Shown piece after piece: positions 14,626 to 22,744 of a stretch of 28,359 nt of DNA. The DNA lies in the IMG/VR virus record IMGVR_UViG_3300049070_000021, positions 1 to 28,359 of that record. One strand, 5' to 3'. Positions within the stretch are counted from its first letter, which is position 1. Every line of letters begins with the position of its first letter. The stretch comes from a virus. Taxonomy: Duplodnaviria > Caudoviricetes. Below the pieces are notes generated by a model. The model made no database searches and was not told the DNA's origin. It worked only from the letters and a program-made list of their open reading frames with translations. Both the position numbers and the translations under genes were made by a program.

Positions 14626-17252
14626 TGGTCCTGCTTCCTCTCCCATGCATTGTAAATGATTTCGTCCAACTTTGAATCAGGTGGCACGATATCATCTGCA
14701 AGGAATTGTTCAGTAACAGATTTAGGTGGCATTGGCGGAAGTTCTATTTTCTGACCTTCCGGCACTTTAATTTCAGGTGCATTGAACTTTTTCAAGTCCT
14801 TATAGTTTTCACCAATTTCAATATCACACGGTATCTTTAGACTCCTTCTGGGGAGGGAACAACACGTAAAGTTAATTGGTCGTTCCATTTCCTGTCTGGC
14901 AATGGGCACAAAGTCTTGCAAATATTCTCTTCTGATGCTAAAAACAAGAGCGTCATGAGCTTCAAGAATGATTTTGCATTCTCTGAATCTCTTCTTAATT
15001 CGTATACCAGCTGCCTTGGTATTATCAGTAACAGCTCGTTGGGGGAGATAGGCCATTGCCTCTCTGAATAACTCATCTCCCCATCTTTCATAGAATATAC
15101 GAACACCACCTCGCTCTGCATCGACTCCCCAAGGCAAAGGTGCATATAGCATTCTCCTATTTTCTTTAAGAGCTTCAATTACACCCGCGTGGAAGACCTT
15201 CTGAATCTTAGGTTGTTTGGCGTGGAAGATTTTTAGCGCACGTTCTGCAATGGCTTCAGTGATAGTGATGGGGATTTTATATTTCCGAGCTTGAGTATTA
15301 AGTTCGGTAGCTGCTCTACGTTTTCCTGCACCAAGATGACCAGCGTGTCGTAGCGTTTTTCCTGCAAATCTAATTGGTGATTCGTATCCCAATATCTTTT
15401 TAGAATAATCAGATTCGCTACCACCGAAAAACCAAGAAGCAGTGAGAGCGTGATAATCATGTTCATCTATGTCCTTTAATGCTTGCTCATCAGTTGCTAA
15501 ATTAAAGACGACTCTTGCTTCAGCTTGTGAGCTATCAAGCTGGACAAAGATTTCGTCTTCATCTGGCTCATACATACCACGAACATCTGCACCAATATCA
15601 CCATGCTTGGTGAATACCTGAAATGCAGTGCCCATTACTTTCATGTCATTCTTACGACCCTTACCTACCAAGTCTATTTTAGGTCTAATTGGTGGGTCTT
15701 GCTGACCTGTAGCAGTTCTACCTGTTTCTAGGCACAGATAACAGGTAGTTCTCATCTTACCATCGAAGTCAGGAATCGCCATCAAGTAGGTGCTAATCGT
15801 TTTCTTTACACGTCTTCTCTCTAAGCATTTCTCAATCCATTGGCGCATACTTTCATTCTTCACGCCATTCTGTAAATTGAGTAATGCAGTTAATTCTTCT
15901 TCTCCGGTGCCTGGACGACGTGGTAACTTCCAGTGATTAAAAAGTAATTCGTAGACTTGTCCAGTCGGCCCATTGGAATTAACGTTAACGTCAATACCAG
16001 CGAGATGGAACATCTCGTATCCCAATCGTTCGTCCCATTCAATATACTTACGAATGAGTTCATCGCGTTTGGTATGGTTAACCCTAAATCCATTGTTTTC
16101 AATCTCCAGATAGAAGTCTGGAAGTGTCATTAAGAAGTTCTCATAAAACTTCCTAACACCTAATTCATCGAGGTCCGCATCCATCGCTTCGTCAATTTCA
16201 TAAGTGACACAAGCGTCACGTCCGCACCCAGAGAGCAAATCAGACACGTCCCCTTCATACATACCCTCATCTTTATAGAAGGGTTCCCGCGTATATATGC
16301 TTGTATTAAACGCCAAACCCTTGGGGAGTTCGGGGTTAATTGCGAATGCTTTAAGCATAGTATCGCTATAGATTCGTCTAATAGCGAATCCAAGGCGTCT
16401 AATTTTATCTCGGTCATAGTTGAAATTCTGTCCAATTATGTCCTTTTCCCAAAGGACTTGTGCAAGCAACATCCAGCACGATACTAAGTCCGCATCAGGT
16501 ATAGAGGATAGACCATCTCTATTCCACAATGGAACTACCATCGAGTGATGTTTGTTGAATGCGAGGCCGATACAGATTGGTAGACAATGACCACCGGCTT
16601 CAATGTCTACAGCCATCTTACGATGACCTTTATATCGTTCTAGGTAGGAATACAACTCTCCAGAATTACGACATATCTGGATGTTACGTTGTGGTAATTC
16701 GATTAGAGGGCTTCTACCTTCTTCCCATGCCCTCTTAAAATCGAATATCATTACCTGACGGTTCCAATACCCCTTGATTTCTCCGCCTGTAGTCGCATGA
16801 AGTAAGTGCGCCGGATGGTATGAAGGAACAAATTTGTGTCCCATCCCACGCATAATACTACCACGGTGCCGCGAAATTTTAGACTTACCTGATAGTGCCC
16901 ATAGTGCTGTTCCACCAAGCGCGAGAATACAATTCGGTCGTATCGAATTGATTTCCGTATGTAATTCTTCAAGCTGCACCTTCATATCAATGCCCGCACG
17001 TTCAGCGCGCACATTGAATGGAAGTTTCTTACGACCAGGTAGGTCTGGTGGAACCTCGTATTTACAAGCATTGGTAATCCAACACTCGTGACGAGGTATA
17101 CCAGCATCCTTTAATAGACGGTCCAATTCTCTACCCGATGGACCTACGAATGGTTTACCTGCTGCGGTTTCCTCATAGGATGGAGCCTCACCAAGTATCA
17201 TAAACTTAGCGCCAATTGGCCCCATCCCAGGAACGTATTTCTTTTCACTCAT
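14622..17252 (-). CDS. polA: Family A DNA polymerase with N-terminal family-4 uracil-DNA-glycosylase-like domain and 3'-5' exonuclease domain
   Basis: UDG motifs ILGEAP, PFVGPSG, ITNACK, SYHPA; Exo motifs VDIE and GQNFNYD; Pol motifs ETGR, LDSSQAEAR (A), RFAGKT (B), HDAL (C). Confidence 0.92.
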   Translation of the reverse strand: MSEKKYVPGMGPIGAKFMILGEAPSYEETAAGKPFVGPSGRELDRLLKDAGIPRHECWITNACKYEVPPDLPGRKKLPFNVRAERAGIDMKVQLEELHTEINSIRPNCILALGGTALWALSGKSKISRHRGSIMRGMGHKFVPSYHPAHLLHATTGGEIKGYWNRQVMIFDFKRAWEEGRSPLIELPQRNIQICRNSGELYSYLERYKGHRKMAVDIEAGGHCLPICIGLAFNKHHSMVVPLWNRDGLSSIPDADLVSCWMLLAQVLWEKDIIGQNFNYDRDKIRRLGFAIRRIYSDTMLKAFAINPELPKGLAFNTSIYTREPFYKDEGMYEGDVSDLLSGCGRDACVTYEIDEAMDADLDELGVRKFYENFLMTLPDFYLEIENNGFRVNHTKRDELIRKYIEWDERLGYEMFHLAGIDVNVNSNGPTGQVYELLFNHWKLPRRPGTGEEELTALLNLQNGVKNESMRQWIEKCLERRRVKKTISTYLMAIPDFDGKMRTTCYLCLETGRTATGQQDPPIRPKIDLVGKGRKNDMKVMGTAFQVFTKHGDIGADVRGMYEPDEDEIFVQLDSSQAEARVVFNLATDEQALKDIDEHDYHALTASWFFGGSESDYSKKILGYESPIRFAGKTLRHAGHLGAGKRRAATELNTQARKYKIPITITEAIAERALKIFHAKQPKIQKVFHAGVIEALKENRRMLYAPLPWGVDAERGGVRIFYERWGDELFREAMAYLPQRAVTDNTKAAGIRIKKRFRECKIILEAHDALVFSIRREYLQDFVPIARQEMERPINFTCCSLPRRSLKIPCDIEIGENYKDLKKFNAPEIKVPEGQKIELPPMPPKSVTEQFLADDIVPPDSKLDEIIYNAWERKQDQ

Positions 17253-17373
17253 TTTCGATAGCTTCGAGGATGGAATACGCCATGTTAATCAATTCGATAG
17301 CAGTAAGATTCGGAAACCTTTTCTTCAGAATCTCTGCTATACGTTTGACTTTTTCATTTTGTGCGATTGGCAT
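17245..17373 (-). CDS. 42-aa hypothetical protein (not in ORF track)
   Basis: MPIAQNEKVKRIAEILKKRFPNLTAIELINMAYSILEAIENE*; GGAG RBS; overlaps the polymerase start. Confidence 0.55.
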   Translation of the reverse strand: MPIAQNEKVKRIAEILKKRFPNLTAIELINMAYSILEAIENE

Positions 17374-17542
17374 ATATCTTCTCCAATATTTCTTGTTGAC
17401 GTGGTGAAAGACTACCCTTACGGTTGAACTGTTCCTTCACCGACTCAACAAAATTTTCTTCCCATTCAGTTAAATCATCACCATATATGTCCAATTGCTC
17501 GAACATATGATTGATGAAATCATGGAGTTCCTGCGGTGTCAC
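17354..17542 (-). CDS. Small helical phage protein
   Basis: LTEWEENFVES...LSPRQQEIL pattern recurrent in phages; GAGGTG RBS, GTG start. Confidence 0.7.
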   Translation of the reverse strand: MTPQELHDFINHMFEQLDIYGDDLTEWEENFVESVKEQFNRKGSLSPRQQEILEKIYANRTK

Positions 17543-17675
17543 ATTTCACCTCACTAATGAACGTCTTCGAGCAACAGACGCACAAGTATCTGTATACCAC
17601 CGGATATACGTAGTTCAATATCGTCAGTAGTTCAAATAGTCGTGGGTCGTCATTCGTGCAATGTGGGCACTTCAT
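17520..17675 (-). CDS. 51-aa zinc-ribbon microprotein (not in ORF track)
   Basis: MKCPHCTNDDPRLFELLTILNYVYPVVYRYLCVCCSKTF...; GGAG RBS; fills the gap between neighbours. Confidence 0.65.
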   Translation of the reverse strand: MKCPHCTNDDPRLFELLTILNYVYPVVYRYLCVCCSKTFISEVKCDTAGTP

Positions 17676-17919
17676 CTTTCTTCTCCTGCTCTAAGACTTT
17701 AATCTGGATTGCACGCCAACCCTTACCAGGAATTTGCACAGGTATAAACTCGCACGGCATACCTGTCTTCAATTCCTTAAAGCCTAGCGTATCCTGTCGT
17801 AAAGCAGTCCAATGAAAAAAGATGCGTGTAAATTCAATTTCTTTGGATGAGATGAATCCCCATCCCTTTGCGTGAACCTTGATTATTCTTCCAAGAACTC
17901 TCTTGGATTCATTATCCAT
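17650..17919 (-). CDS. Cold-shock domain protein 2
   Basis: KGWGFI (RNP1), IFFHWTAL (RNP2), GKGWRAIQI; start likely MDNES at 17919. Confidence 0.85.
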   Translation of the reverse strand: MDNESKRVLGRIIKVHAKGWGFISSKEIEFTRIFFHWTALRQDTLGFKELKTGMPCEFIPVQIPGKGWRAIQIKVLEQEKKDEVPTLHE

Positions 17920-17942
17920 TGTAATTCTCACAGGCTAAAGGC

Positions 17943-17989
17943 GGGGGTGGATACGGTTTGCTCTACTATGAGAGTATGTATCCACCCCC
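17943..17989. promoter_or_regulatory. Stable stem-loop upstream of the cold-shock gene
   Basis: Perfect 12-bp inverted repeat GGGGGTGGATAC / GTATCCACCCCC with inner CTCT/AGAG stem. Confidence 0.7.
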
Positions 17990-18100
17990 TATCATTAAAT
18001 AGCTTTCAAAGGCATCGACTTATGCCAATGTAGACCGAATCACAACATCGGGCATCAGCAATTTCCGAACATTCCCTCTATAACTATCTAATGAGTCTTG

Positions 18101-18247
18101 TTACTTGGACTCTGATGGAGTATCGTCTTCCTCGTAGTCCTCGCCTGCTTCTTCTTCTTCATCCTGAGTTTCTTCGTCCTCAGTCTGAATATCGTCAGAT
18201 TCCACAGGCTCGGTTACATCGTCTTTCTTCACATCATTGGGGGACAT
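18101..18247 (-). CDS. 48-aa highly acidic peptide (not in ORF track)
   Basis: MSPNDVKKDDVTEPVESDDIQTEDEETQDEEEEAGEDYEEDDTPSESK*; AGGAG RBS; 23 of 48 residues are D/E. Confidence 0.7.
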   Translation of the reverse strand: MSPNDVKKDDVTEPVESDDIQTEDEETQDEEEEAGEDYEEDDTPSESK

Positions 18248-18277
18248 TTATGTCTCCTAGTTGGACCTTATTAATTA

Positions 18278-18314
18278 CCCGGTGTAGCAGTAAGGTCAAA
18301 CCTACTACACCGGG
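18278..18314. promoter_or_regulatory. Intergenic stem-loop after the SSB gene
   Basis: CCCGGTGTAG / CTACACCGGG 10-bp stem plus inner AGGT/ACCT; no clear U-tract. Confidence 0.6.
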
Positions 18315-18333
18315 CCTTACTAGTTTCGGATGC

Positions 18334-18726
18334 TTACGCCGTTCGCAGAGCGCGATACTTGTGGTTCACACGGTTGACCATGCGACCCTGGTATGTATCG
18401 TTTTCCACGAACACTTCGAGTTGCTTCCCTGCGGCATTCGCAAGGTCAAAACGAGCACCCGATTTTACATCCACGCCGAACGCCGTCAGGAATCCAACCG
18501 CAAAGCCAATCGCCTTGCTGTTGAAATTCCAGTCAATCGGAACACCCTTGAACTCCTCGTTGCCATTGTCAGCATTCTTGACAATGACGCCTTCCACGGG
18601 GTAATTGGTAGAACCACCATCTTTCGACGGTGCCTCACCAACGCTTTCGATGTGCATGACATACCATGCAGGCTCTACGACTTTACCGCGAAGAAGGTCT
18701 TTGTCGCTAAACTGGACTACTGGCAT
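18334..18726 (-). CDS. DUF669-like phage single-stranded DNA-binding protein
   Basis: VEPAWYVMHIESV...SKDG..N...GKQLEVFVENDTYQGRMVNRV OB-fold pattern; in the ATPase-nuclease-SSB recombination cluster. Confidence 0.7.
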   Translation of the reverse strand: MPVVQFSDKDLLRGKVVEPAWYVMHIESVGEAPSKDGGSTNYPVEGVIVKNADNGNEEFKGVPIDWNFNSKAIGFAVGFLTAFGVDVKSGARFDLANAAGKQLEVFVENDTYQGRMVNRVNHKYRALRTA

Positions 18727-18763
18727 TGCTTTTCTCCTGTGTTGTTGTTGTTGGCTACTACGT

Positions 18764-18973
18764 CTACGTGGTTGTCGTATCTTCGATTTGTTGCCTTACT
18801 GCTGCGTCTTTTGCTTCAAGCAATTTACGCAACATGACAGTCCTTTCAGGACCAGGATGCAACCGCCCACACATATCATGTGCAAGCTGTGAGAACTGTG
18901 ATGAGATAGTTCGCATTGGTTCTTTCAAATGCTCGAATACGAACCATCTAAGCATTCTTTCTTCTGGCATCAC
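18764..18973 (-). CDS. Helical hairpin protein, possibly Acb2/Tad1-related nucleotide sponge
   Basis: F.F.HL...S..F..LA...GPERTVMLRKLLEAKDAAVR is a widespread phage family; the link to Acb2/Tad1 is recalled, not searched. Confidence 0.5.
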   Translation of the reverse strand: MMPEERMLRWFVFEHLKEPMRTISSQFSQLAHDMCGRLHPGPERTVMLRKLLEAKDAAVRQQIEDTTTT

Positions 18974-19182
18974 AGTCCTACCTTGCGTAAGGTATCCATG
19001 ACCTTTTCTGCACCAGGATTTTCGTCCAATGCAGTAAGAGCATCGTCTATCTCACGCACTTTTTGCTGGAATGCTTTTCTCATATCCAGCAATTGTTCAC
19101 GCTTTGTTTGTGGCCTTGACAATGAATTTAGGCCACCATAAGCAGCCTTTTCCATTGCCTGTGTAGGCCCATCGTAATCCAT
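18970..19182 (-). CDS. Hypothetical coiled-coil protein
   Basis: Strong GGAGGTG RBS; ATGA overlap downstream. Confidence 0.7.
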   Translation of the reverse strand: MDYDGPTQAMEKAAYGGLNSLSRPQTKREQLLDMRKAFQQKVREIDDALTALDENPGAEKVMDTLRKVGL

Positions 19183-19189
19183 ACACCTC

Positions 19190-20002
19190 CTAGAACTTCT
19201 GTGTTGGTCCAGGCATCTGATTCATCTTCGCAATAGCTGGTTTAATCCAAGTATCGTAAAGAGGTTTGTCACCAAAGACAATCTCTTTATCCATACCTAG
19301 AGCGGTGCGTGCGAAGTCGTCACCTGTATGTTCTGTTAATAGACTATAGTCACCTCCTTGTCCTTCTTGAAAGCCCTTCTTAATGTTGAAATGATAGACT
19401 TCCCCACAGTAGGCAGGAATTTTTGGGGCTACTTTCTTACCTGCTGTCACAATTTGGCGGGAAATGTGTGTGACATTCTGAGTAGTGGAACGATACTCAG
19501 CTTGAACTACGTGAGCAATGAGGATAACATTAACTTTGTGGAATGCGTTAATGTCTTTGGTGAGAGCTATCAGTTCTTGAAGGGCTGCTGATTCCGCGTT
19601 GTAATCTTCAATCTCATTTACTGCAATACCAGCAATGAGCTTTCCTGCTTGTGCCCCTGAAGCGCGTGTAACTCCATACTTCATCTTGACTGTTTGACGC
19701 AATGTCATATCAGCCATTGATGTAATAGAGTCAAACACTAACGTCTTGAATGGGCATTCTACTTGAAACTTTTCCAGCTTTTGTTTTGGCTTAGTCCAGT
19801 CCTCGTAATCGTCGAACTGAATAACCTTCGGGTCTATCCCCCATTTCTTCATGGGTAAATAGATACCGTTCATCTTTCTATCCCAACTAAACCAGTATTG
19901 TGGTGTTGGAAATGAAAGAGCCTGCGTTGATTTGCGTGTTCCAGGTTCACCCTTGAACAAACAATACAACGAATCGAAATTGACCTGCTCCATGTTAGGC
20001 AT
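19190..20002 (-). CDS. AAA_24/Sak4-like P-loop ATPase (recombination)
   Basis: GEPGTRKST (Walker A variant), LVFDSIT (Walker B), VILIAH; adjacent to SSB and nuclease. Confidence 0.8.
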   Translation of the reverse strand: MPNMEQVNFDSLYCLFKGEPGTRKSTQALSFPTPQYWFSWDRKMNGIYLPMKKWGIDPKVIQFDDYEDWTKPKQKLEKFQVECPFKTLVFDSITSMADMTLRQTVKMKYGVTRASGAQAGKLIAGIAVNEIEDYNAESAALQELIALTKDINAFHKVNVILIAHVVQAEYRSTTQNVTHISRQIVTAGKKVAPKIPAYCGEVYHFNIKKGFQEGQGGDYSLLTEHTGDDFARTALGMDKEIVFGDKPLYDTWIKPAIAKMNQMPGPTQKF

Positions 20003-20235
20003 TATTTAACCACCAATACCTCGTTACAGCGTTCACCGTTCCGTGCTTGGAATGGGCGCACAGTTAAATCTACCTGCCTATCTTCCAATGGAGCCTGTAT
20101 TAAACCAAGCCCGCAGATACGAAGTGGTGTTGGACAGTATCCTTGCTTCTGTGCATCAGCATTCGAATGAAAGTAAATTACACCACGTTCATGGTCAATT
20201 TGTAGTTCTCCCATTATTAGGGTTGTGCTTTTCAT
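20002..20235 (-). CDS. Hypothetical protein
   Basis: Likely start MKSTT at 20235; GELQIDHERGVIYFH; TAATG coupling to the ATPase. Confidence 0.6.
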   Translation of the reverse strand: MKSTTLIMGELQIDHERGVIYFHSNADAQKQGYCPTPLRICGLGLIQAPLEDRQVDLTVRPFQARNGERCNEVLVVK

Positions 20236-20491
20236 TTTCCACCATCCGTTCACTATGTCCCCTATCTTCATGCACAGCCTCAAAGAGACACGTAGGTAGA
20301 AATCCTACGTCACCGTTGCCAGCAAGTAGGAAACATTCTACATGCTTCATCTTTCCAGTATAGCCATCGACCATAACCATATCACGGTCATAGCCCATGA
20401 CTTCATATTCTGTTCCTAATGGAACATCAGTATCTATGACAAACCATCCCTCATCGTCGGGGAAGGAGTGCCTTATTAGTTTTACTTTCAC
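20195..20491 (-). CDS. Hypothetical protein
   Basis: 98-aa ORF in the operon strand. Confidence 0.5.
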   Translation of the reverse strand: MKVKLIRHSFPDDEGWFVIDTDVPLGTEYEVMGYDRDMVMVDGYTGKMKHVECFLLAGNGDVGFLPTCLFEAVHEDRGHSERMVENEKHNPNNGRTTN

Positions 20492-20730
20492 TACAGTTTC
20501 TCTACAACGATGGGCATTTCCTTACGACGAACAACAGCTACAATCTTGACGATGATTACACCATCGCGTGTAGGCTGGTCCTCCAATTGCATCCGTGCAT
20601 TACGCACGGCTTCTTCCATCGTCGCATGAGTGTGAGTATCATTTGTGCCATTCATGATGGCGCGTGCGATATGCTCAGCACCAGTGTAGAACTTCTTGAT
20701 GTTCTTCTTATTAAGTGTGATAGTCTTCAT
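20491..20730 (-). CDS. Hypothetical protein
   Basis: 79 aa with GGAG RBS. Confidence 0.65.
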   Translation of the reverse strand: MKTITLNKKNIKKFYTGAEHIARAIMNGTNDTHTHATMEEAVRNARMQLEDQPTRDGVIIVKIVAVVRRKEMPIVVEKL

Positions 20731-20733
20731 AGT

Positions 20734-20904
20734 TTACTCCATTTGTCCAATTACTTGTTGGACTTTATCCTTGATTTGTTGAACTTCCCAATTAATGGAA
20801 TTGGCCCATTTGTAATGACCACTCTTCCATACTTTTAGGTTAGTAGATTCAATTCTCTTGAGTCTATTCCATATTTCTTCCCATTCATTTCTGGTTAGAC
20901 TCAT
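20734..20904 (-). CDS. Hypothetical protein (56 aa)
   Basis: Start MSLTRNEW at 20904 behind a GAGG RBS; the longer ORF-track version overlaps the nuclease. Confidence 0.6.
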   Translation of the reverse strand: MSLTRNEWEEIWNRLKRIESTNLKVWKSGHYKWANSINWEVQQIKDKVQQVIGQME

Positions 20905-20905
20905 G

Positions 20906-21862
20906 TTATTCCTCTTCCTTATTAGATGGGTCCCACTTAGGACCAACCTTGAAGTTAGTGCGTAGAATTTCGACACGCATGTTCCTATCCGCCTCACATA
21001 CTTCCTTGAAGGCGCACGGTCCATACATTGTGTCACAGTGAGTGTAGTCGGGAGGCCAGTATCCAGACTCCGCATACTGAACGTATTTGTATGCATAGTA
21101 TGGAAGTATTTCCGACTGCCATTCGAGTAAACGGTCAGCGGAGAATGAAACTGGTTCGCGTGTAAGACGCTCAGCAATCTTTAGACTGGTCTGTAAACCA
21201 ATCTTATTGACAATCACATTGCGTGACTTCAATAGAAGACACTGACCACTGAACTGATTACTCAGTGTAGTCTTGTCTCGACGCTGCTTGAACGTTTTAT
21301 GGTCCAGAGAACAGATACCGATTTGATTAGTGTCAATAATCAAATCGAACTTCGCTTTCCACAAGACACGAATTTCATCGTCCTCATACAGCACTTCACC
21401 TTTTACTTGCTCTGCTGCAAGAGGAACCCATGAATCGTTCTTGTAGAAATTGAAGTATTCATCACAAGTCTGCATGGCCCAACGCCATCCAACCTTATGA
21501 CGCCCATCATTATCTTCTGGAGTATTCTGCATACCGGGATATTCACCCGGCTCGTGTTTACAAGCAGGCTTCGCCTCATTGATATCGGCACAGTGAGGAC
21601 AGCCAGTAATGAATAACTGACCTGCAATCATCGCATTACCGATTGCGGTATTGCGTGGAAAGCCAGCTATCAAATGCTTGTAGTAAACTTCAAGAACCTT
21701 ATGAATGAGAGTGCCAACCTCTAGTGAGTTTGACTTTCCCTTCATAGATATGAAGTTGTGATTGTAACGTAAATCATGGTAGCGACCACAGCTCATTAAC
21801 GAACTGAGCAGAGTCGCATCCATGATAACGTTTTTCTTTGGTGGCAGAATGATGTCAGTCAT
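20906..21862 (-). CDS. PD-(D/E)XK (Cas4/RecB-like) exonuclease
   Basis: GTLIH, AAEQ, KFDLIID, LDHKT, NQF; N-terminal Cys plus C-terminal C-x6-C-x5-C cluster. Confidence 0.85.
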   Translation of the reverse strand: MTDIILPPKKNVIMDATLLSSLMSCGRYHDLRYNHNFISMKGKSNSLEVGTLIHKVLEVYYKHLIAGFPRNTAIGNAMIAGQLFITGCPHCADINEAKPACKHEPGEYPGMQNTPEDNDGRHKVGWRWAMQTCDEYFNFYKNDSWVPLAAEQVKGEVLYEDDEIRVLWKAKFDLIIDTNQIGICSLDHKTFKQRRDKTTLSNQFSGQCLLLKSRNVIVNKIGLQTSLKIAERLTREPVSFSADRLLEWQSEILPYYAYKYVQYAESGYWPPDYTHCDTMYGPCAFKEVCEADRNMRVEILRTNFKVGPKWDPSNKEEE

Positions 21863-22097
21863 TGTCGATTCTCACTTCATTCTTGCCCAAGGTTATACGC
21901 CACCCATTGATGACAAGAGATGTTTCTTTCCGTTCCTTCTTCGTGCTCTTGTAAGGACCGCGTTTCTTAGCAGCCTTTACTATCTGTTTTGCTACACGCT
22001 GGAGAGGTGAACGCTTTTCAGCCCACACCTTCTTTTGTGCAACAGACATTTTAGCCTTGCCTTCTTCAGTCTGAGTCCAGTGCAGTTTTTTGCTCAT
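21855..22097 (-). CDS. Small basic protein, possibly DNA-binding
   Basis: Lys-rich; TEEGKAKMSVAQKKVWA resembles NUMOD3-like helices; GAGG RBS. Confidence 0.55.
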   Translation of the reverse strand: MSKKLHWTQTEEGKAKMSVAQKKVWAEKRSPLQRVAKQIVKAAKKRGPYKSTKKERKETSLVINGWRITLGKNEVRIDND

Positions 22098-22266
22098 TTC
22101 TCTTCCTCATTTCCGCCTCGATATGAGGCATCATCCATTCCTGCTCGCGTGTGAGAACATTGTCATTCTTCAATTGCTGAAGCAATCTTAATACTAACGA
22201 TAGTTTGTTAGTATCAATATGTTCCATGTTGGCGACATACCTACGAGCTTCAGCCATTGAAATCAT
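22066..22266 (-). CDS. Hypothetical protein
   Basis: 66 aa with ATGA overlap. Confidence 0.55.
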   Translation of the reverse strand: MISMAEARRYVANMEHIDTNKLSLVLRLLQQLKNDNVLTREQEWMMPHIEAEMRKRNEQKTALDSD

Positions 22267-22655
22267 ACGTCCTGCTTTCTCTTACGAGAACGAGTTATCG
22301 CGTTGTGCTTGAAAGATGAGAACTTGACGTTGTTATCCTTGTATTGCCACCATTCCTCAACGTCGTATTCAGCTTCTTCCAGTATGCACAGAGCTACGAA
22401 CAAACACGACTCACCTATTCCCTTGACTCGTGCAAGAGAGAACGGGTCCATGTTATTTAGTTGAGCAGGCGTAGAGATACCCAAACGACGTAAGATTTTG
22501 CTGAGCTTGGCTGCCGCTATGAAGTTAGCACAGCCGAGGCGCTCAACCATCTCACGCCTTGTGTATACGAGTTTACCTGAATCAACTATCAGTTCGTCTA
22601 ACTTGTCCGCGAAGCCCTTCCCGATTATGTTCTCGACTTTCGTTCGAGCAATCAT
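22263..22655 (-). CDS. Protein with RNA polymerase alpha-CTD-like helix-hairpin-helix domain
   Basis: ILRRLGISTPAQL..MDPFSLARVKGIGESCL matches the alpha-CTD/HhH pattern; AAGGA RBS. Confidence 0.6.
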   Translation of the reverse strand: MIARTKVENIIGKGFADKLDELIVDSGKLVYTRREMVERLGCANFIAAAKLSKILRRLGISTPAQLNNMDPFSLARVKGIGESCLFVALCILEEAEYDVEEWWQYKDNNVKFSSFKHNAITRSRKRKQDV

Positions 22656-22744
22656 AGTTACCGTCCTTTATTACGTGGAGAGGAATATATCGGTGGGGAG
22701 AATAGAGTGTATCTCCCCACTTCACATATTCAGTTATCCAAAGA

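Noticed and set aside
17990-18100. Possible tRNA or other ncRNA in the intergenic gap
   Set aside because: Only a short GGCAT/ATGCC hairpin; no cloverleaf, T-loop or acceptor stem recognisable.
18091-18837. 248-aa plus-strand ORF
   Set aside because: Antisense to the SSB, acidic peptide and hairpin genes, which have RBSs and recognisable patterns; no motif of its own.
20905-21177. Long version of ORF 20734-21177
   Set aside because: Overlaps the nuclease gene in another frame; the ATG at 20904 has a good RBS.
20906-21862. Cas4-like nuclease as evidence for a CRISPR system
   Set aside because: No repeat-spacer array or other cas genes seen; the ATPase/SSB context indicates a phage recombination nuclease.
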